Assembly: GCA_013239625.1 (NCBI GenBank)
Contig: PNXV01005434.1
Location: forward strand, 186,001-250,000
Direction of reading: 5' to 3'
DNA from: Lama guanicoe
Taxonomy: Eukaryota
Length of the DNA: 64,000 nucleotides
Each line of letters begins with the position of its first letter. Position 1 is the first letter of the stretch. The position numbers and the translations under genes are program-made. Positions 39,171-51,570 of this stretch are shown here, piece by piece. The notes under the pieces were generated by a model. The model did no database searches. It was not told the origin of the DNA and worked only from the letters and a program-made list of their open reading frames with translations.

Positions 39171-40888
39171 AAAAAATAAAATAAAAAAGACAAAGCATCT
39201 CACAAAGCCACTCTGCAGCTATGTAACGGTGGCCAGTCTGAGGACATGAGCAGTAAACTCTCTATAACAGTGGAGTCCCAGGAAGGAGTAAACATAGCAG
39301 AACAGGCCTTGGACAATCTAGAAAGAACTGGGAGTGAAAGCATATCCATCCTGGGGTCCTTGGGAAATGGAGCCGTGTTAGAAATGGAGAGGGCTCCAGA
39401 GCAGGTAGCGGTAGCACCTGTGGCCTCAGGGGCTGTAAACTGTTAGATGCCCTTAGATAAACAGCCCCAGTGCTGAGAGGTGGAAGATTAAAACCAAAAC
39501 AAAAAGGGAGTAGACTACAAATACTCCTTCCCTGACTCTTTAAGAAAACCCTGTGCCTTCACCTCCATATTCCGATCTGATAAACTACAGAAGAAACACT
39601 TGGATGTTCAGTTTCCTGGGGAACACAGAAACTACCTAGGTGGCTCTAGCCATGAACCCAGTGCAAACCACCTAACTCCGCAGTGGGATGGTGAGGTGGG
39701 TTTCATCAGTATAACCACCTCCTGGCCCAGTATTCAGATAGTCGAGGTGGGAGACTAGAGATGCTCTTTCGATCTTCCAAGGGTATTTCTGCAGTGCCGT
39801 GCCTTCTCTTTCCTACTGTCCTGGAGTTATGTGAGTTTGGGCTGGGGAAAAAGTCTGGAAAAGAGCCCTCGAGAAAAGTCCATCTGTACGACTGGCAGTG
39901 GGGAATTTACTTTAAAACAGGAAGAACGAGATTTAGAGGTCAGGAAAGGGGACTTTGCTAAATGACACCTCTATGTAAACTAGTTTGGAGCTTTATTTAG
40001 CAGACTTCCTAAACGGAGAGTTTTACTTTGACTTTAGGCTCAGTGGTTGGAAAGGGGAGCCAAGTGGGGAGCCTCCAACAAAGGAAGAAGCAAATGGTAT
40101 GTTAGTCAAACCAGGGAAATGGGAGGTGCTACAAAGAAAATTCAAGACAGTTACTGTGGCAGTCCTCAAATTACTAACAAGAAATAATTGTTCACTTAGC
40201 ACCTGAGAGGTAATCTGTGTGCCTAGTGACACACTGCAGAGATAAACAGCAATAAATTGGGCAGAGGGAATTAGTAGAACCTTAATGATTCCACTGAGCT
40301 TTCCCATGGTCCAAGGTTCTTAAAATGGGCAGAAGGGGCCTCAGTTTAATTGTGCTCTTGTCCAGGCAGAATGACAGCCTTTGGTTCGTGGTGCAGTTTC
40401 AGGTATGGAAAATTCTTCTCCATCCTATCTTTCTCCAAATTGTGATGTCAGAAATTTTATCTTACTGAGAGCATTGGCTTTAATATCACAATAAGAATTG
40501 GAATGGAAATTTAGTCAGAGGGACAGGTTCAAACTGAGGTGTGAGAAAGAATGTTCACAAATATTTATCAATATCGTAAGATATTTTATGAAAGAGATAG
40601 TGTGAGACAACAGACTATTCCTGTGAGTTGGGTGGGAAAGGGATGATAATGGGAGTGAGGGAGATGATAAGAGTATGTGGCCCTATGAAGGTGATGGCAA
40701 CTGCAAAGGTTGGGATTCCTTAGAAAGAAACTACAGGAATTGCAAGTAATGGTCACTTGCATCAATCAAATTAGGAGCCAGTCTATTCTAGTGACATGTG
40801 GTAATGTTTGCTCAGTCCAACTTCTACAAGAAAAAGTCACAAGGCAGAAAGTCAGGGACTTAAAAAGCAGAAATAAAACTCCATGAAC

Positions 40889-41383
40889 TGCCGGAACCTG
40901 CCGGCAAATCCACAGGTCCTGACTGAGACCTGAGAGACTGAGAAAGAAAATAGACAAGACAACAGATGGGGTCGAGAGGGACGCGCTTCAAGCCTGCAAG
41001 ACGCTAGGCTAAAAGTCGCCGTCCGTCTTTATTTCTCTGGTGCTTATACACTTGTTCTAACGTCACTATTTTTAACACAGCAGAAAAAAGCAAAAAGGTG
41101 TATGCAGTTTGTCAAAGTTTTACAATCCTTTGCAAGACAGTTTTACAATCATTTGTAGGACCACTGACGTCTTAGATAAACACGATCCTGTTTACCTACA
41201 TTCCTTAGCTTGGGAGCAAGGAGCCTAAAAGCAAACATCTGGTGTTCATTTACTCTAAGTTAATAATAGGGGTGGCGGGACAGGGAATTCTTTACTCATT
41301 CCCAGGGCCATGCTTCAGCATTCCAAGGTTTTTAGGCCTTATCTTAATGCTGTAGCCCTCAAGTTATGAGGCGGCTCCCCGCA
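40889..41383 (-). mobile_element. Solo ERV2 (betaretrovirus-like) LTR, 495 bp, 6-bp TSD
   Basis: TG...CA termini; the minus strand begins TGCGGGGAGCCG. TSD atgaac (40883-40888) / atgagc (41384-41389). Minus-strand TATA at about 41046 and AATAAA at about 41030. CpGs retained. Confidence 0.8.
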
Positions 41384-41849
41384 ATGAGCCATCCTCAAGT
41401 TAAGCCTTCTGGCTGACAATGAGTGAATTTGTGACAGACTGAAAACTGTAGGAAGGTCTGGCATAAACTAAGGGGTTGGAGCGGTGCAGTGAGCAGGGCT
41501 TTTCTGCTTCTACATCTGACTCCTGCGCCATTATCCATGTTGAACAGGGGCTCACATTAGCTCAGCAAGCAAATACGTGTCATAAGACCAGAGCTGAGTG
41601 TATCTGGTTTGGCTAAGAGCAGACAGGAAAGCTGTTTTCCGGTCTCCTAATGATTGTCATGTAACGGTAGAGGTCAGAAAAAGTTCTAACAAACGTTTAT
41701 TTTATCAGCAGATTTACCCTACAATTCTCATTGTGTAAACACTCATTATACAAATATTCAAGCTAAGACTAGTTTCTAGTTGGTTGAGGTAACTGTGAGG
41801 ATTCCGTATTGGATACGAGATCACTTTCCTACTAATATGAAGGCAATGA

Positions 41850-42080
41850 TAACAGTAAATGTCATTATTTACTGAGCACCTTCTATAAGCCACAAAGTGT
41901 ACTAGGTAGTTTTTTTTTTTTAATTTCAACAACCTCACAAAGCATTATTACAATAGTACAGATCAGAAAACTGTACTATTTTAGAGGAAAATTGACTTGT
42001 CCAAGGCAACACAACCAGTAAGAAGTAGATAACAAAGATTTGTTCCCAATTTATGGATCCTAAACTCTTTTTTACCACCA
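41850..42080 (-). mobile_element. MIR SINE fragment
   Basis: 'ttactgagcaccttcta', 'caacaacctc', 'cagatcagaaaactg' and 'gacttgtccaaggcaacacaaccagtaag' match the MIR core. Confidence 0.6.
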
Positions 42081-42862
42081 CAGCTTCCAGCTTTAAAAAC
42101 TTCAAGATTCTGTGCTTTTAAAATATTCTTGCCTCTTCAAACAATATGTGAAGGCAAACATGGAGTATGGAATACACCCTTTCCTGGATATTAAATGGAG
42201 TTCTAGAGAGCTCAAAGCACATACATAATGTTTACATTTTTGGACGAGTCCAAACTTTTATCTTGATGAGTTTTTATTAAGGGACGATAAGATCCTAAGT
42301 CAAATTGATCAGAAACTTAAATATTTGCCATCCTTTACTTCTCAGGTGTAAGTTCAGAGAGCTGTGTGTGCAACAAGACTCTACATAGGCACCTACTGGG
42401 AGAAGCCACATTTTCCCATCTCCTGTGGAGGTCGTGATTTACTGGCCTTGAGCTGTGATGAGACTAGCATTTGTCACCAACCTTCTTTCCTCCTGTTAGT
42501 CCCTGCATCTGTGAGAACAAACACAATAGCTGATCTTGATTACCTACATGTTTGGGCTATCTGGTATTGGGCTGTCTCTTAAACTCACCTACATGGTAAG
42601 GAAAGATTTTCTGTGCAGTCCCAAAAGGAAGATTCTTCCCTGATTTTTGTTTTTTTCAATAACTACACACATGCAGTATCTGATCCATTAAGGAGTAGGA
42701 GAGTTTCTTTCTCTTCTATTTGGATACATGCACACCGGGTGTAAGAAACAGATGTGTAACTCTAGGCTCATTCATATCCTGTTGTGTGTTGTCTTTTCAG
42801 ATGATGTGATACTATGTGAGGGATTCTGACCTAAGAAGATGCCCAGAACTCTTGGCCAAACC

Positions 42863-43828
42863 ATGAAGTCTCCTAATTACACTTACCTGGACTCTTCTGT
42901 TTTCTTCCTGGTGGGCATCCCAGGTCTGGAACAGTTCCACCTGTGGCTCTCACTCCCTGTGTGTTGCCTGTGCACAGCCACAATTGTGGGCAACGTAACC
43001 ATCCTGGTTGTTGTTGCCACTGAACCAGTCCTGCACAAGCCTGTGTACCTGTTCCTGCGCATGTTCTCCACCATTGACTTGGCTGCCTCTTTCTCTCCAG
43101 TCCCCAAGCTGCTGGCCATCCTCTGGTGTGGAGCTGGGCACATCTCTGCCTCTGCATGCCTGGCACAGATGTTTTTCATTCATGCTTTCTGCATGATGGA
43201 GTCCACTGTGCTGCTGGAAATGGCCTTTGATCGTTATGTGGCTATTTGCCACCCACTCCACTATGCCACTATCCTCACTGACACCATCATTGTCCGCATT
43301 GCAGTGGCAGCTATGGTGCAGGGCTCCATTCTCATGCTCCCATGTCCTTTCCTCATTGGGCGTCTGAAATTCTGCCAAAGCCATGTGATCCCACATACGT
43401 ACTGTGAGCACATGGCCGTAGTGCCGCCAGCCTGTGGAGACCCCAGGCCCAACCGTGTGTACGGGCTGGCAGCAGCACGTTTGGGCATTGGGGTTGACTT
43501 GCTCTGCATTGGTCTTTCCTATGTCCTTATTGCACGAGCTGTTCTTCGTCTCTCATCCCACGAAGCTCGGTCCAAGGCCCTGGGGACTTGTGGTTCCCAT
43601 GTCTGTGTTATCCTAATCTCTTATACACCAGCCCTCTTCTCCTTTTTTACCCATCGTTTTGGTCATCATGTTCCACTCCATATTCACATTCTTTTGGCCA
43701 ATGTTTATCTGCTCTTCCCACCTGCTCTTAACCCTATAGTATATGGAGTTAAGACCAAAGAAATACAGGAAAGGGTTGTCAGGGTGTTTCAAAGGGGGCA
43801 TGGAACTGGGGTCAAGGCATCTGAGTGA
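42863..43828 (+). CDS. OR52P1: Olfactory receptor OR52P1-like, open ORF of 321 aa (alternative upstream ATG at 42839) with several radical substitutions
   Basis: Close match to remembered OR52P1 (LWLSLPVC, TILVVVATEPVLHKPVYLFL, WCGAGHISASACLAQ, C-terminal G.KASE). Acceptor at 42799-42800. Confidence 0.88.
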   Translation: MKSPNYTYLDSSVFFLVGIPGLEQFHLWLSLPVCCLCTATIVGNVTILVVVATEPVLHKPVYLFLRMFSTIDLAASFSPVPKLLAILWCGAGHISASACLAQMFFIHAFCMMESTVLLEMAFDRYVAICHPLHYATILTDTIIVRIAVAAMVQGSILMLPCPFLIGRLKFCQSHVIPHTYCEHMAVVPPACGDPRPNRVYGLAAARLGIGVDLLCIGLSYVLIARAVLRLSSHEARSKALGTCGSHVCVILISYTPALFSFFTHRFGHHVPLHIHILLANVYLLFPPALNPIVYGVKTKEIQERVVRVFQRGHGTGVKASE

Positions 43829-45059
43829 TCCAGGAGTATAGAAGGGACTTAGTCCAAATGATATGAAACTTTTCAAGATTAAGCAGTCCTCAGTATTTCA
43901 GATGGGAAAGAGATTTTAACCAGTTATGATGTCCTTCACAGTAACTTCTAGACCATTTCCAATCATCACACGGTTCTATTGGAAGACTGTCAGTCCATGG
44001 AGTGGCACTGGTTTTAATTTTTTATTATAATCCTCAAGTGGAGATATTCTGCACAAATTTTAAATAATTTTATACAATTCTAAACACTGTGGTTCATCAA
44101 CTAAGTTTCTATTTTATGCTTCAAAATTATCGTCTTACTAGCGCAAAAGCCTTACAACCCCAACCCTGGAACAATTCTGTGCTCTGTGTCAAATGTTGCT
44201 ATACTGAGACTGTGGACCGCTTCTGAAGAAAGTAAACACATATGCAGATTGCAAGCAACATTTGTTCATAATTTCAGCTTTTAACTGGGATCTCATTACA
44301 TGGCTATGTTTTTACCTACTACATGGTTTATAATAATATGTTTTTGCCATCCTCAGTTCTCTTGTACACCTCCTGCCCCTCATGGTTTTCAATATTCCAT
44401 TAATGTCTGTCCCATAAAGAAAAATGAAATTATTAGAAAGTGAACCCTCTCAAATTCTAATCTTTTTGACATGTACAGCCATTATTTTCCCATTTCTTAC
44501 TGTATTTGTTTATTGCTAATTCCTTTTTCTGATCAACCAAAGTTCTCAAAATATGCTCTTGGGAGCTCAGACCATCATTCACTTCTTCTATTTCTCATGT
44601 TTACAGTGTGTTTTAATTTATGGCTTTTTTACCCAATAGCAAAAATTCCTTTAATATTAGTGACTTTTCTTCTTTCATGTAAGTTTCTGGAAAATATTTT
44701 TGAAACTAATTATTTCTGCTTTCTCAATTTCTATTTCTTCCCTCCTTTATAATCTGGCTTCAACCACAAGTTGAAGTTTCCAGTAAAGAGTCTGTTATCA
44801 AAGCCACCAGTAATCTTGTCTAATTGGACTACCTTACAACAAGTTGTATTATTGTGCAATCTACTTCTCCGCAATCTGTCTACCGTGACTTCTGGGATAC
44901 TACACAATCCTAGCTTTTCTTCTCTGTCTAAAATGTGTTCCTTCATGTTCTCAAGGAAATGATATTAGATCAAAAAGAAAACCTCAACCAGGTCCATAGG
45001 AAAAATAATGAAAGCATTTCAGAACTGAGTACAATAAGGCTCGAAAAAAAAATCGGTAT

Positions 45060-45399
45060 TGTTGATCTGAAACAAATAGACTGACAGATACTTCTCCAAA
45101 AAAGATGGGTCTCTCTGGGATTACCAGGGAATTGTGGTTTGGGCTCTGCAGTCATGGTGAGCCAGGTGTAAATCCCTGCATATCAAGGGAAGGAGAACAC
45201 GTCTGTAGAGGGGAAAAGGAAGTTAGAGGGCCATAGTAAACACAGACTCCATGGTTTTTTATTAGCTGAGTCCTTGACAGAAAAGAACAGGGGTTTTTCT
45301 TCTTGTTGGGCTCTGTTATCATCTTAGGGTGTGAGAGCTTCTCCTTCTGGTCTCTCAACTTTATTTAATTGAGGTTTCTGTTTGTTAATTTTTTAAACA
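45060..45399. mobile_element. Short solo ERV1-type LTR
   Basis: TGTT...AACA inverted termini, flanked by gtat / atat (4-bp TSD with 1 mismatch). Confidence 0.6.
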
Positions 45400-47734
45400 A
45401 TATCTTTAGTTATCAAGCTACTGTAAATATAAGCATCACTGATATATCACTTTCTCCAATAAAACTGGTATAGACTTTCTGAAGATAAAATTGTCCTTGG
45501 CATAAGAATGGAGACTTTTATACACTACCAGGAATTTGTTTTAAGTAAATAATAAGACCAGAGTGCCATATATGATTCGTGAATATATTTGCTGTAGCAT
45601 TTTTATTTAATAATTTTTAAAAAACCCACTGGACATGAAAAGATAGAAAAATATTTTAAAATACTCTATCTATTTAACAAACATTTATGCAGACTTAAAA
45701 ATCGTTTTTTGGAAGAACATTTAATGTGCTAATTGTATGCTCTTAATTATAAACACAGTGATATATGTGTAATGATACATCGTCACATTTCTACTAAAAC
45801 ATCTACCTAGGCATGTGCTCATATTAATAAATTTTAAAAATACACTAATAAATGTTACTTTAATGGAGGGACAAATGAATATATTTTAAAAGAGTGATTT
45901 AGTGAATGATTATGTGAATAATTTACATAATTTAAATTTATTCAACTTGACTCCCCCAGGACCTTTGCAAAACTTCACAGGGAAAGGAACTGAGCCCTAC
46001 AGTAATGAAATTACTAGTTTTTAATAAAACATCTCATTTCTGATTTATATCCAGCTATATACCTGCACACATTTACATAATAAATATATTCATGCAAACA
46101 TGTATCCATACATACCTGAATATATACATACATATACATGTTTAGATAGGTGTCAGTCCCCATTTGAGCACCCAGGAGGTTAGCCTATGGCCTTTGATGT
46201 TTTGAAATATTCCTTGGGACTTTGGGGATACGTAACACTCATTTTCCTTGAGGCTTAGATCAACAGGAAAGAAATCTAGAGTTAAAAACTTGCCCAGAGA
46301 CTGTGATGATTATACAACCAAGTTCCTGTAATATTGAACCAGGTACACAGCATCTCCTTTCTTTGCCCTCCAAGACCTAAGGTATTTAAATATAACAATA
46401 CAGGGGTCAGTGACAGCAGAATTTTTATTTTAGCCATTGGGATAAAGAGAGAAATGGATTTAAGATAGATACTAATTGCTTTTCTTTTTTTCCCCATAGA
46501 TATAAATGTTTTATTTCATTGATCTAAGTTCAAGTCAGAAAAAGATGCATGGTGATGGTGCAAGGACTGGTAGAAATATTTATTTATTGCCTTTGGCCTT
46601 AAGAATCTATTTAAATGATTATAATACATATGCATCTACATAAACAACCCTTCAACCATGTAGGAATGCTTGCTTTGTGTGGAAGTCAGGAATGGACCAC
46701 TGCCATGTCAGAGAATAATGGGAAATATACAGAGAACAATTCTAGGTCATAAGAATTATGTTCAAATTTCTCCTGCTGCCTACTTGCCTACCTCTTTCTC
46801 TTATGAGTGTATGATTTCACTTGAATTAAGATCTACCTGTAAATTCTCACTGAAGCCAAAATATATTTTAAGCCAATATGTATTTTGCATTATATCTATA
46901 GGAAGAACTTATTTTCATGTCATAAGAATTGAGAATGGTCTGGTGTGGGGATGGGGGGAATCACTGCCTATAAATTCTGGAAATGAAGATTATTGATGAT
47001 GGTATATAAAGTTGCACTTAGTTTATCTTTTTACAGTAATTTATGCATTTATGTTATGGTTTTATTCTTCCAGGCTACTTTTGTGTTTTCCAAATTTTAG
47101 CCATTAACCTTCATTTCAGTAATTCTTAAGGCATTCTGAGTCCTGCACTTTTCAATATAATATCTGAGAAACAGGTAGCTAAAATATGGCCTTCAGGCTG
47201 ACCATTTCCTTAGGAGAATCTTGCTATTCAGAAATTGACAAAGTATGTCATCATCTGGCCTTGGCCCAATATCTTGCCCCAGCTCCAGCCTCCTAGTACC
47301 CATGTACAAGAGAAACCACTATTTTTTCTCAAAATATGATATACTTAAAGTTTCATGATTTTGCTGCCTGGATTATAAATATTTAAATAATATGTCAACA
47401 AAAATAGCTTCAAAAATAATAACAAAAAGTTCTTATTTTATAAATGAATACTACTTGCCCATTATAGAATTAACTAAAAAGTATTTGTGGACTACATATA
47501 TAAATGAATGAGTGAAAAAAAAATGCATATACAAGAATCCATTTGATTAAAAAAGTGTTTATGCTCATATTCCCTGGAAGTCAAAAATTTCAGTCAAGAT
47601 ACTGAAATGTATCTTGGAGAAAAAAGGCAAAAGAAATGAAGGCAGTGATGATAACCAAGATGATTCTTCCTCTTATCTTTTTCTAGGAGGATCTACAAGT
47701 GCTGTAGCTGATTAATGATCACATTAGCTTGATT

Positions 47735-48702
47735 ATGCTAGTGCTGAACCAAACAGACATGAATCCAGCCTCCTTCATACTTAATGGGATCGCAGGGCTG
47801 GAGGACATGCACATGTGGATGTCCCTCCCATTCTGCTCCATGTATGCTGTGGCTGTGGTAGGGAACTGCGGACTCCTCTACCTCATAAACTATAAGGACG
47901 CCCTGCACAAGCCCATGTACTACTTCTTGGCCATGCTTTGTCTCACCGACCTTGTGATGTGCTCTAGTACAATCCCTGAAGCTCTCTGCATTTCTGGTTT
48001 CATCTCAAGGAAATTGGCTTTAATGAATGCCTGGTTCAGATGTTCTTCATTCACACCTTCACAGGGATGGAGTCTGGGGTGCTCATGCTGATGGCCCTGG
48101 ACCGCTATGTGGCCATCTGCTACCCTCTGCGCTACTCAACTATCCTCACCAATCCTGTCATTGCAAAGGCTGGGCTCTCCACCTTTCTCAGAGGGGTGCT
48201 GCTCATCACTCCCTTCACTTTCCTCATCAAGCGCCTGCCCAACTGCAGAGGCAAATTCATTCCCCACACCTACTGCGACCACATGTCTGTAGCCAAGTTG
48301 TCCTGTGGAAATATCAAGGTCAATGCCATTTATGGTCTGATGGTTGCCCTTCTGACTGGGGGCTTTGACATCCAGTGCATCACGATCTCCTACACCATGA
48401 TCCTCCGGGCAGTAGTCAGCCTCTCCTCAGCAGATGCTCAGCAGAAGGCCTTTGGCACCTGCACTGCTCACATCTCTTCCATTGTTTTTTTTTTCTACAG
48501 TCCAGCTTTCTTCTCCTTCTTTTCCCATTGTTTTGGAGGCCACACAATCCCTCCCTCTTGCCACATCATTATGGCCAATACTTATCTGCTCCTACCTCCC
48601 ACTATGAATCCTGCTGTCTATGGGGTGAAAACTAAGCAGATAAGAGACTGTATCGTAAGGATTCTTTCAAGTTCTAAGTATATCAGATCCCACAGTATGT
48701 GA
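47735..48702 (+). pseudogene. OR52N4: Olfactory receptor OR52N4-like pseudogene (1-bp deletion at about 47992)
   Basis: MLVLNQTDMNPASFILNG, GNCGLLYLI, DALHKPMYYFL, FTGMESGVLMLMALDRY, HTYCDHMSVAKLSCGN, IPPSCHII, QIRDC. Frame change in C-I-F-W-F. Also PK->PE, PYC->PNC, HRFG->HCFG. Confidence 0.9.
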
Positions 48703-49506
48703 AAAGGACATTTGCCTGGGCAGAGGGGAGGGGAAAAGAAAGAATGTTTCTGTTTGTTTAGTCAAGAGACTTTCCAAGAATAGGTATCTGATCTTGCCAA
48801 GTTAATGTGATGATTAATCCATCCCCATTAATTTTTTTATAGAATACCAAATTTTTTCATGCTGCATCAGCCTCCACATGTTTTTCACCTCCAGGTTCTC
48901 TGTATAGCTCAAGTTTCAATAATATCTAATTCCAATAGAGAAAAATACTAATGTAAAGCTGGAGCAGTTATCTAAAAAGCTGACTCTCGTAAGACCAATG
49001 ATCTGGGACCAGATGACCAAAACTGCTATTTTTAATTGTGAATTGAATTTCCTATTTAATAACTGTGATTTAACCTGAAAAAAATGCACTGTGTTCTCAT
49101 CATTCCCCAAAGTCTTCTGTTGTCTCAACAATGTCTTAAAGATAAAACTAGAAAGTATACTGTGAGGTCAGTAATATAATGAGGTGTAAATCTCTTAGTG
49201 TCTTATGAGAAACATAGTGACCTGGTGTCTGACCAGGTCTCTCCTTGGATGAATCTTTCATATACTTGCCTCTTCCCCAAATAATGAGTTGTCTCTTTTC
49301 ATCAAATAAAGCTTTCACAGAGTGCAAAGTTTGGAGGGAGAAGTAGAATAATGAAATATATAAAATATTATAATAAATGTATTTCTATGTGTACAGGGTC
49401 TGGAGGACAATGGTTACTTTTCTTCTTTTGAGCTGAAAAGGGAAACTAAGAGAATTACTTGAACATTTTCTGCATAATATTCAAAATTAACATGAAGGTG
49501 AGACAC

Positions 49507-49999
49507 TGTAACTAGCAGGACCCAGTGGGGCCTTCCCAGAACACACCCCCTCACCCATGCTTCTGCTTTAGCTCCTCTCTGAAGTACCCAGATACAGTAT
49601 CTGATAAATATTTCCTGAGTTATTTACAGATGCCAAAACCCCCATCAAATTGAAGAAATTAACTACTAGATGACCATATGCACGTAGACCTCAGACCTAC
49701 TGGAGCCTAAAGATTGATAATGTTAACCTCTGTAACACTGTCCTGTTATCTCACCATCAACCAATCACAGAATTGTGCACAAGATGATCACATACACTGG
49801 GACTCCCCTCCCTCACCTTCCCTTCAAAAATGCTTTTTTGAAACCCATCAGGGAATTTGGACTTTTTGAGCATTAGCTGTCCAGAAGTCCTTGTATGCCA
49901 CCTATAGTAAATACTGTACTTTCCTTCAACACAACCTGAGGAGTGTAGATTGGCTTCACTGTGTGAGGGCAAGTGGACCCAAGCTTCGGTTCAGTAACA
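49507..49999 (+). mobile_element. Solo ERV1-type LTR
   Basis: TGTAAC...GTAACA termini, near-TSD acac / agac, U5 'gtggacccaagcttcggttcagtaaca'. Confidence 0.75.
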
Positions 50000-50109
50000 A
50001 GACTATGAATAATCATAGTTTTATAGCATTGCCACAGATTTCATAAAAAAGATTTCAGAGTCGATTAGAAACAAAAGGTAGAATAAAATAATAAAAGACA
50101 TCAATATTC

Positions 50110-50575
50110 AAAAGACTTGAAACAAATGAAAATGGAAACACAACACACCAAAAACTAGGTGATGCTGCAAAAGCAGTTCTTAGAGAAAAGATTACAGCAA
50201 CAAATTCATGTGTTATAAAAAAAAAATCTTGAATAAACAACCTAACTGTATACATCCAGGAATCATAAAAAGAAGAACCAACTAAATACAAAGTTAGCAG
50301 AAGGAAGAAAATAACAAAAATCAGAGTGGAAGAAATAAAATGGAGACCAGAAAAAACAGTATAAAAGATCAATAAAACTAAGACCTGTTTTTTTGAAAAG
50401 CTATACCAAATTGACAAATCTTTGATAGACTAAAAAAAGAAAGAAGACTCAATTAAATAAAATCATAAATGAAAGAGGAGACATTACAGCTGATACCACC
50501 AAAATACACAGAATCATAAGAAACTACTACAAAAAATTATGTGCCAACAAATTGGATAATATAGATGAATATATA
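50110..50575 (+). mobile_element. LINE-1 ORF2 internal fragment
   Basis: 'gatgctgcaaaagcagttcttagag', 'atcaataaaactaagacctgttttttgaaaag' and 'tatgtgccaacaaattgga' are L1 ORF2 segments. Confidence 0.85.
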
Positions 50576-50649
50576 CAGGAATATATTTTATACTCTAAAG
50601 ATCGTCCAATAATATAGTAGTCATTCCATTTTTTTCTCTCAGATTGCTT

Positions 50650-51570
50650 CTTTGCTCTTTGAGACAACTCTTCCATGTGCTGGCTAAACAATCTTTACAT
50701 GCCTGCCTCTAAGGTACTTCATGTTGACATAATTAATCTGAATTCATTCTCTCACCCTGTAGCTTGGTCTTTCTTCAGTCTTCCTTAAGTATGTAAATAG
50801 CATCACATGTCACCCCACTGCATATATCAGGAACTTAGAATTGTTCTTCAGTCATAAAAATTATTAATTTTACATCCAACATATCTTCCAAATCCATGCC
50901 CTTTTCTTCACCTTCACTTCCCATATCCTACTTCAAGGTATAATCATCTCTTCCTTGGATCACTGTTGCCTACTTGACTTACTTATATTCATTCTTGCTA
51001 CATTTAATCTGGTCTCCACATTGCTGCCATGTGTGAATTCTCTGGCTTCAGTGGTCTCTTATGATTTTAGCACAAGCTTGCTTGTAAGTCTCTGGTCTCT
51101 GTTACCTCAACAGCTTTATTTCCCACAGTATCTCATTTTTCATCACATCTCAGAGCTGAAGCCACGTTTATTATATAGAATATGCCACAATCCCTCTCAT
51201 TTCAGCATCTTAAACTTCCTTGGATACTTCACCTGCCTTCCTTTCACCCCACCAAACACACCATAGGTAACTCACGTTCAAACACTTGACCTCAACACAA
51301 ACTGGCATTTCTTCAGGAAATCCTCTGACATCAAGACCAAATTAATTATTTCCATTATAAGCTCTCATATCTCTGGGTACTTTTGCTCCAAAGCACTTAT
51401 TCAGTCCATAACTATGTATTTTCTTGATGATTCATTCAGTACTTTCCCTCCTGCCTCAACTAGATCACAATTTCCATGGGACAGGGACTGTGACAGTTTT
51501 AATAATCATTTTATGGCTACCATATCTTCTAACTACTATAGCAAGTCAGCATATATTTTGGGATGAATGA
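50650..51570. mobile_element. Degraded L2 LINE region
   Basis: Pyrimidine-rich L2-like segments ending in a 'gaatgag'-type tail at about 51565. Confidence 0.45.

Noticed and set aside
42873..43876. Antisense and alternate-frame ORFs overlapping OR genes (also at 14671-15191, 26752-27088, 54691-54927)
   Set aside because: Expected shadows of OR codon usage, with no independent evidence of coding.
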